DNA from: Selaginella moellendorffii
Lineage: Eukaryota; Plantae; Lycopodiophyta
Assembly: GCF_000143415.4 (NCBI RefSeq)
Contig: NW_003314284.1
Span: 496,001-560,000, forward strand
Direction of reading: 5' to 3'
Length of the DNA stretch: 64,000 nucleotides
Positions 62,345 through 64,000 of the stretch are shown one piece after another. Position numbers and translations under genes: made by a program. How positions within the stretch are numbered: the first letter of the stretch is position 1; each line of letters begins with the position of its first letter. Below the pieces are notes generated by a model that was given only the letters and a program-made list of their open reading frames with translations, had not been told where the DNA came from and did not search any database.

Positions 62345-63807
62345 TGTCGCGAATGTGACTTCGGGTATCGAAAGTTACTTGTCGGCTAGTCCTTATGGAC
62401 ACTCTTTTCTTATTGCCACGATGGCAGGAGGTCAGTATTGCTAGACTTGTTATTAGTCTCTGCCTAAGCTAGTTAAGAAATTAGTCTTCGCGTGTATACT
62501 TGACCAAATGAGCATAAGGATGGAATTCTTAAGTGCTATTAGTTAAGCATACTTGACTTGGTTAGAGAAACTCATTCGTTGACTTGCACTTGTTGGTGTT
62601 GGGAACCCCGTGATATTGAGCTTGGTCTCTCAATATTCATTAAATAATAGCTTACTGTGTTTGCCAAACATGTTCGCTATCATGCCTTTTGTGTTAGTTT
62701 CATCTCAGTCCCAAATGCTATTTATGGAAAGTGTCCAAATTTGCTCATTTGGCATATCTATAGAATGTAGAGATTAACCTGAACATAATAGTGTTTGTCC
62801 TGTATTTAAATTCGCAATCTAGAAACATTGCATATTTAATAAGTTTTGAGCTTGTCCCAGAAATTAACTCTTGATACTAAGGGAGACTTGGGGTGAAAGC
62901 CCAAAGCTTGTCCCAGAAATTAACTCTTGATACTAAGGGAGACTCCCAGAAATTAACTCTTGATACTAAGGGAGACTTGGGGTGAAAGCCCAAAGCTTGT
63001 CCCAGAAATTAACTCTTGATACTAAGGGAGACTTGGGGTGAAAGCCCAAAGCATGTGTTCTTCTTTAAGGGCAGGGGGGGGGATATAGAGGGTTTCAAAT
63101 GTATAGTAGAGATAGTGGGCAGGTTGGGCATAGTGTAAACTCCTGAATTTGGACTTCCCGGGAGGTCACCCAACTCAGTACTATTCAAACCCAAGGACGC
63201 TTAACTCCAACTATCCCAAGACCCTTAACCGATTGGAAAAGGGGGTGCACTCTTATTCATGGGCCCTTTCCCTCTATATTTGAACCCCAACGGATCGTCT
63301 CTCGAGTCGTTCCCTTTGGTTACTTACACATAGTCCACTAACCTAAGGCATAGTGTAGCTCCTGTTTGTATGCCTGTCCTTGTTTTGCATCCGGCTTAAG
63401 TCTAAGCCCAAATTCCACACCATGCTAGTTGGTGGAGTACCCATGTCCTTGTGTTAGGCCACCGGTATGCTAAAATAGCACTAAATTTCATTTGGCTTCG
63501 TTTTGCATGTTGGTCCTAGCATTGGGACTGTTCTAAGTTGCTCTAAACTCCTGTCCCTTCACTTCTTGGGTTGTATACTCAAGAGTTGCTCTGTGGTTCA
63601 GTTCTGTCACTCCTTAGCTCCATGCTTGGGAGTTTAGTACCGTTCCTTCGTTTAGTGGCCCAAGGCCCTAAACCTTAGGTTCCACACCATTGTCCTATGG
63701 ACACATGGCATATGCCATGTGGCACATGGAGGGTTTAGGTTCCGCTTCGTGGTGTTATCCTATGGTAAATCACTATAAAATATAAAGTTAAAACCATGTG
63801 CGCTACA
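62345..63807. mobile_element. Solo LTR-like insertion
   Basis: Termini TGTCGCG...CGCTACA (TG..CA, imperfect IR); 5-bp TSD ATGTT/ATGCT; removing it restores the transposase frame CISD-MLKQW. Confidence 0.8.
62850..63052. repeat. ~56-bp tandem repeat, about 3.6 copies
   Basis: Unit gcttgtcccagaaattaactcttgatactaagggagacttggggtgaaagcccaaa; the second copy is truncated. Confidence 0.92.
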
Positions 63808-64000
63808 ATGCTTAAGCAATGGAACTTAAATATGCAACAGTTCATGGGTTTTAGTCTAGATGGATGTAATGTCATGGCTAGTAGCAAGATAGGGGTAGCA
63901 ACCAAGCTAAAGGAGATCAATCCCTTCTTAAGCAGTGTTCACTGTATGGCACATCAAGCCAATTTATGTGTGGAAGATGCTTACGGGGATGGAGAATGTG

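Larger units (their letters stand above)
61470..64000 (+). mobile_element. Decayed hAT-superfamily (ZNF862/DUF4371-like) transposase, interrupted by a solo LTR, running off the window
   Basis: Remnant motifs with stops and frameshifts: MFCKICK...SHANSEDHK zinc finger, YFGLMVDELTDI, MGFSLDGCNVM, SVHCMAHQANLCVED; GT-AG introns retained. Confidence 0.8.

Noticed and set aside
62850-63052. CRISPR-like repeat array
   Set aside because: Contiguous tandem units without unique spacers, inside an LTR in a eukaryotic genome.

Overview
Gene-dense eukaryotic nuclear DNA from a compact land-plant genome. Many 45-90 nt GT-AG introns, intronless PPR genes built from 31-aa repeats and intergenic gaps often under 150 bp point to the lycophyte Selaginella (inference, not confirmed). 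About 22 protein-coding genes are supported: hexameric polyubiquitin, RBP45/47, R2R3-MYB (subgroup 21), two head-to-head PPR-E genes, two germin-like proteins, an EEP/DNase I-like protein, DNA polymerase epsilon catalytic subunit, UDP-sugar pyrophosphorylase, LEA_2, dienelactone hydrolase, RidA, SEX4, an LRR receptor-like protein, an LR-serpin, a pGlcT-like sugar transporter and several uncharacterised genes. There is also one tRNA-Ser(GCU), pseudogene fragments (germin, LRR-RLP, PPR), and four AT-rich islands, three of which carry transposon signatures, including a solo-LTR nested in a decayed hAT transposase. The most notable unexplained items are: (i) a ~310-nt structured intergenic segment with a telomeric template, TATA/USE-like upstream elements and an oligo-T terminator, a candidate telomerase-RNA-like Pol III gene; (ii) a PPR protein fused to an N-terminal FGKHKG (DUF3820-like) micro-domain; (iii) a ~2-kb multi-intron non-coding tract after RBP47; (iv) three orphan Pol III B-boxes in tight intergenic gaps; (v) an inverted-repeat-bounded segment carrying a germin fragment. 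Exon structures were assembled by eye; no database searches were run.
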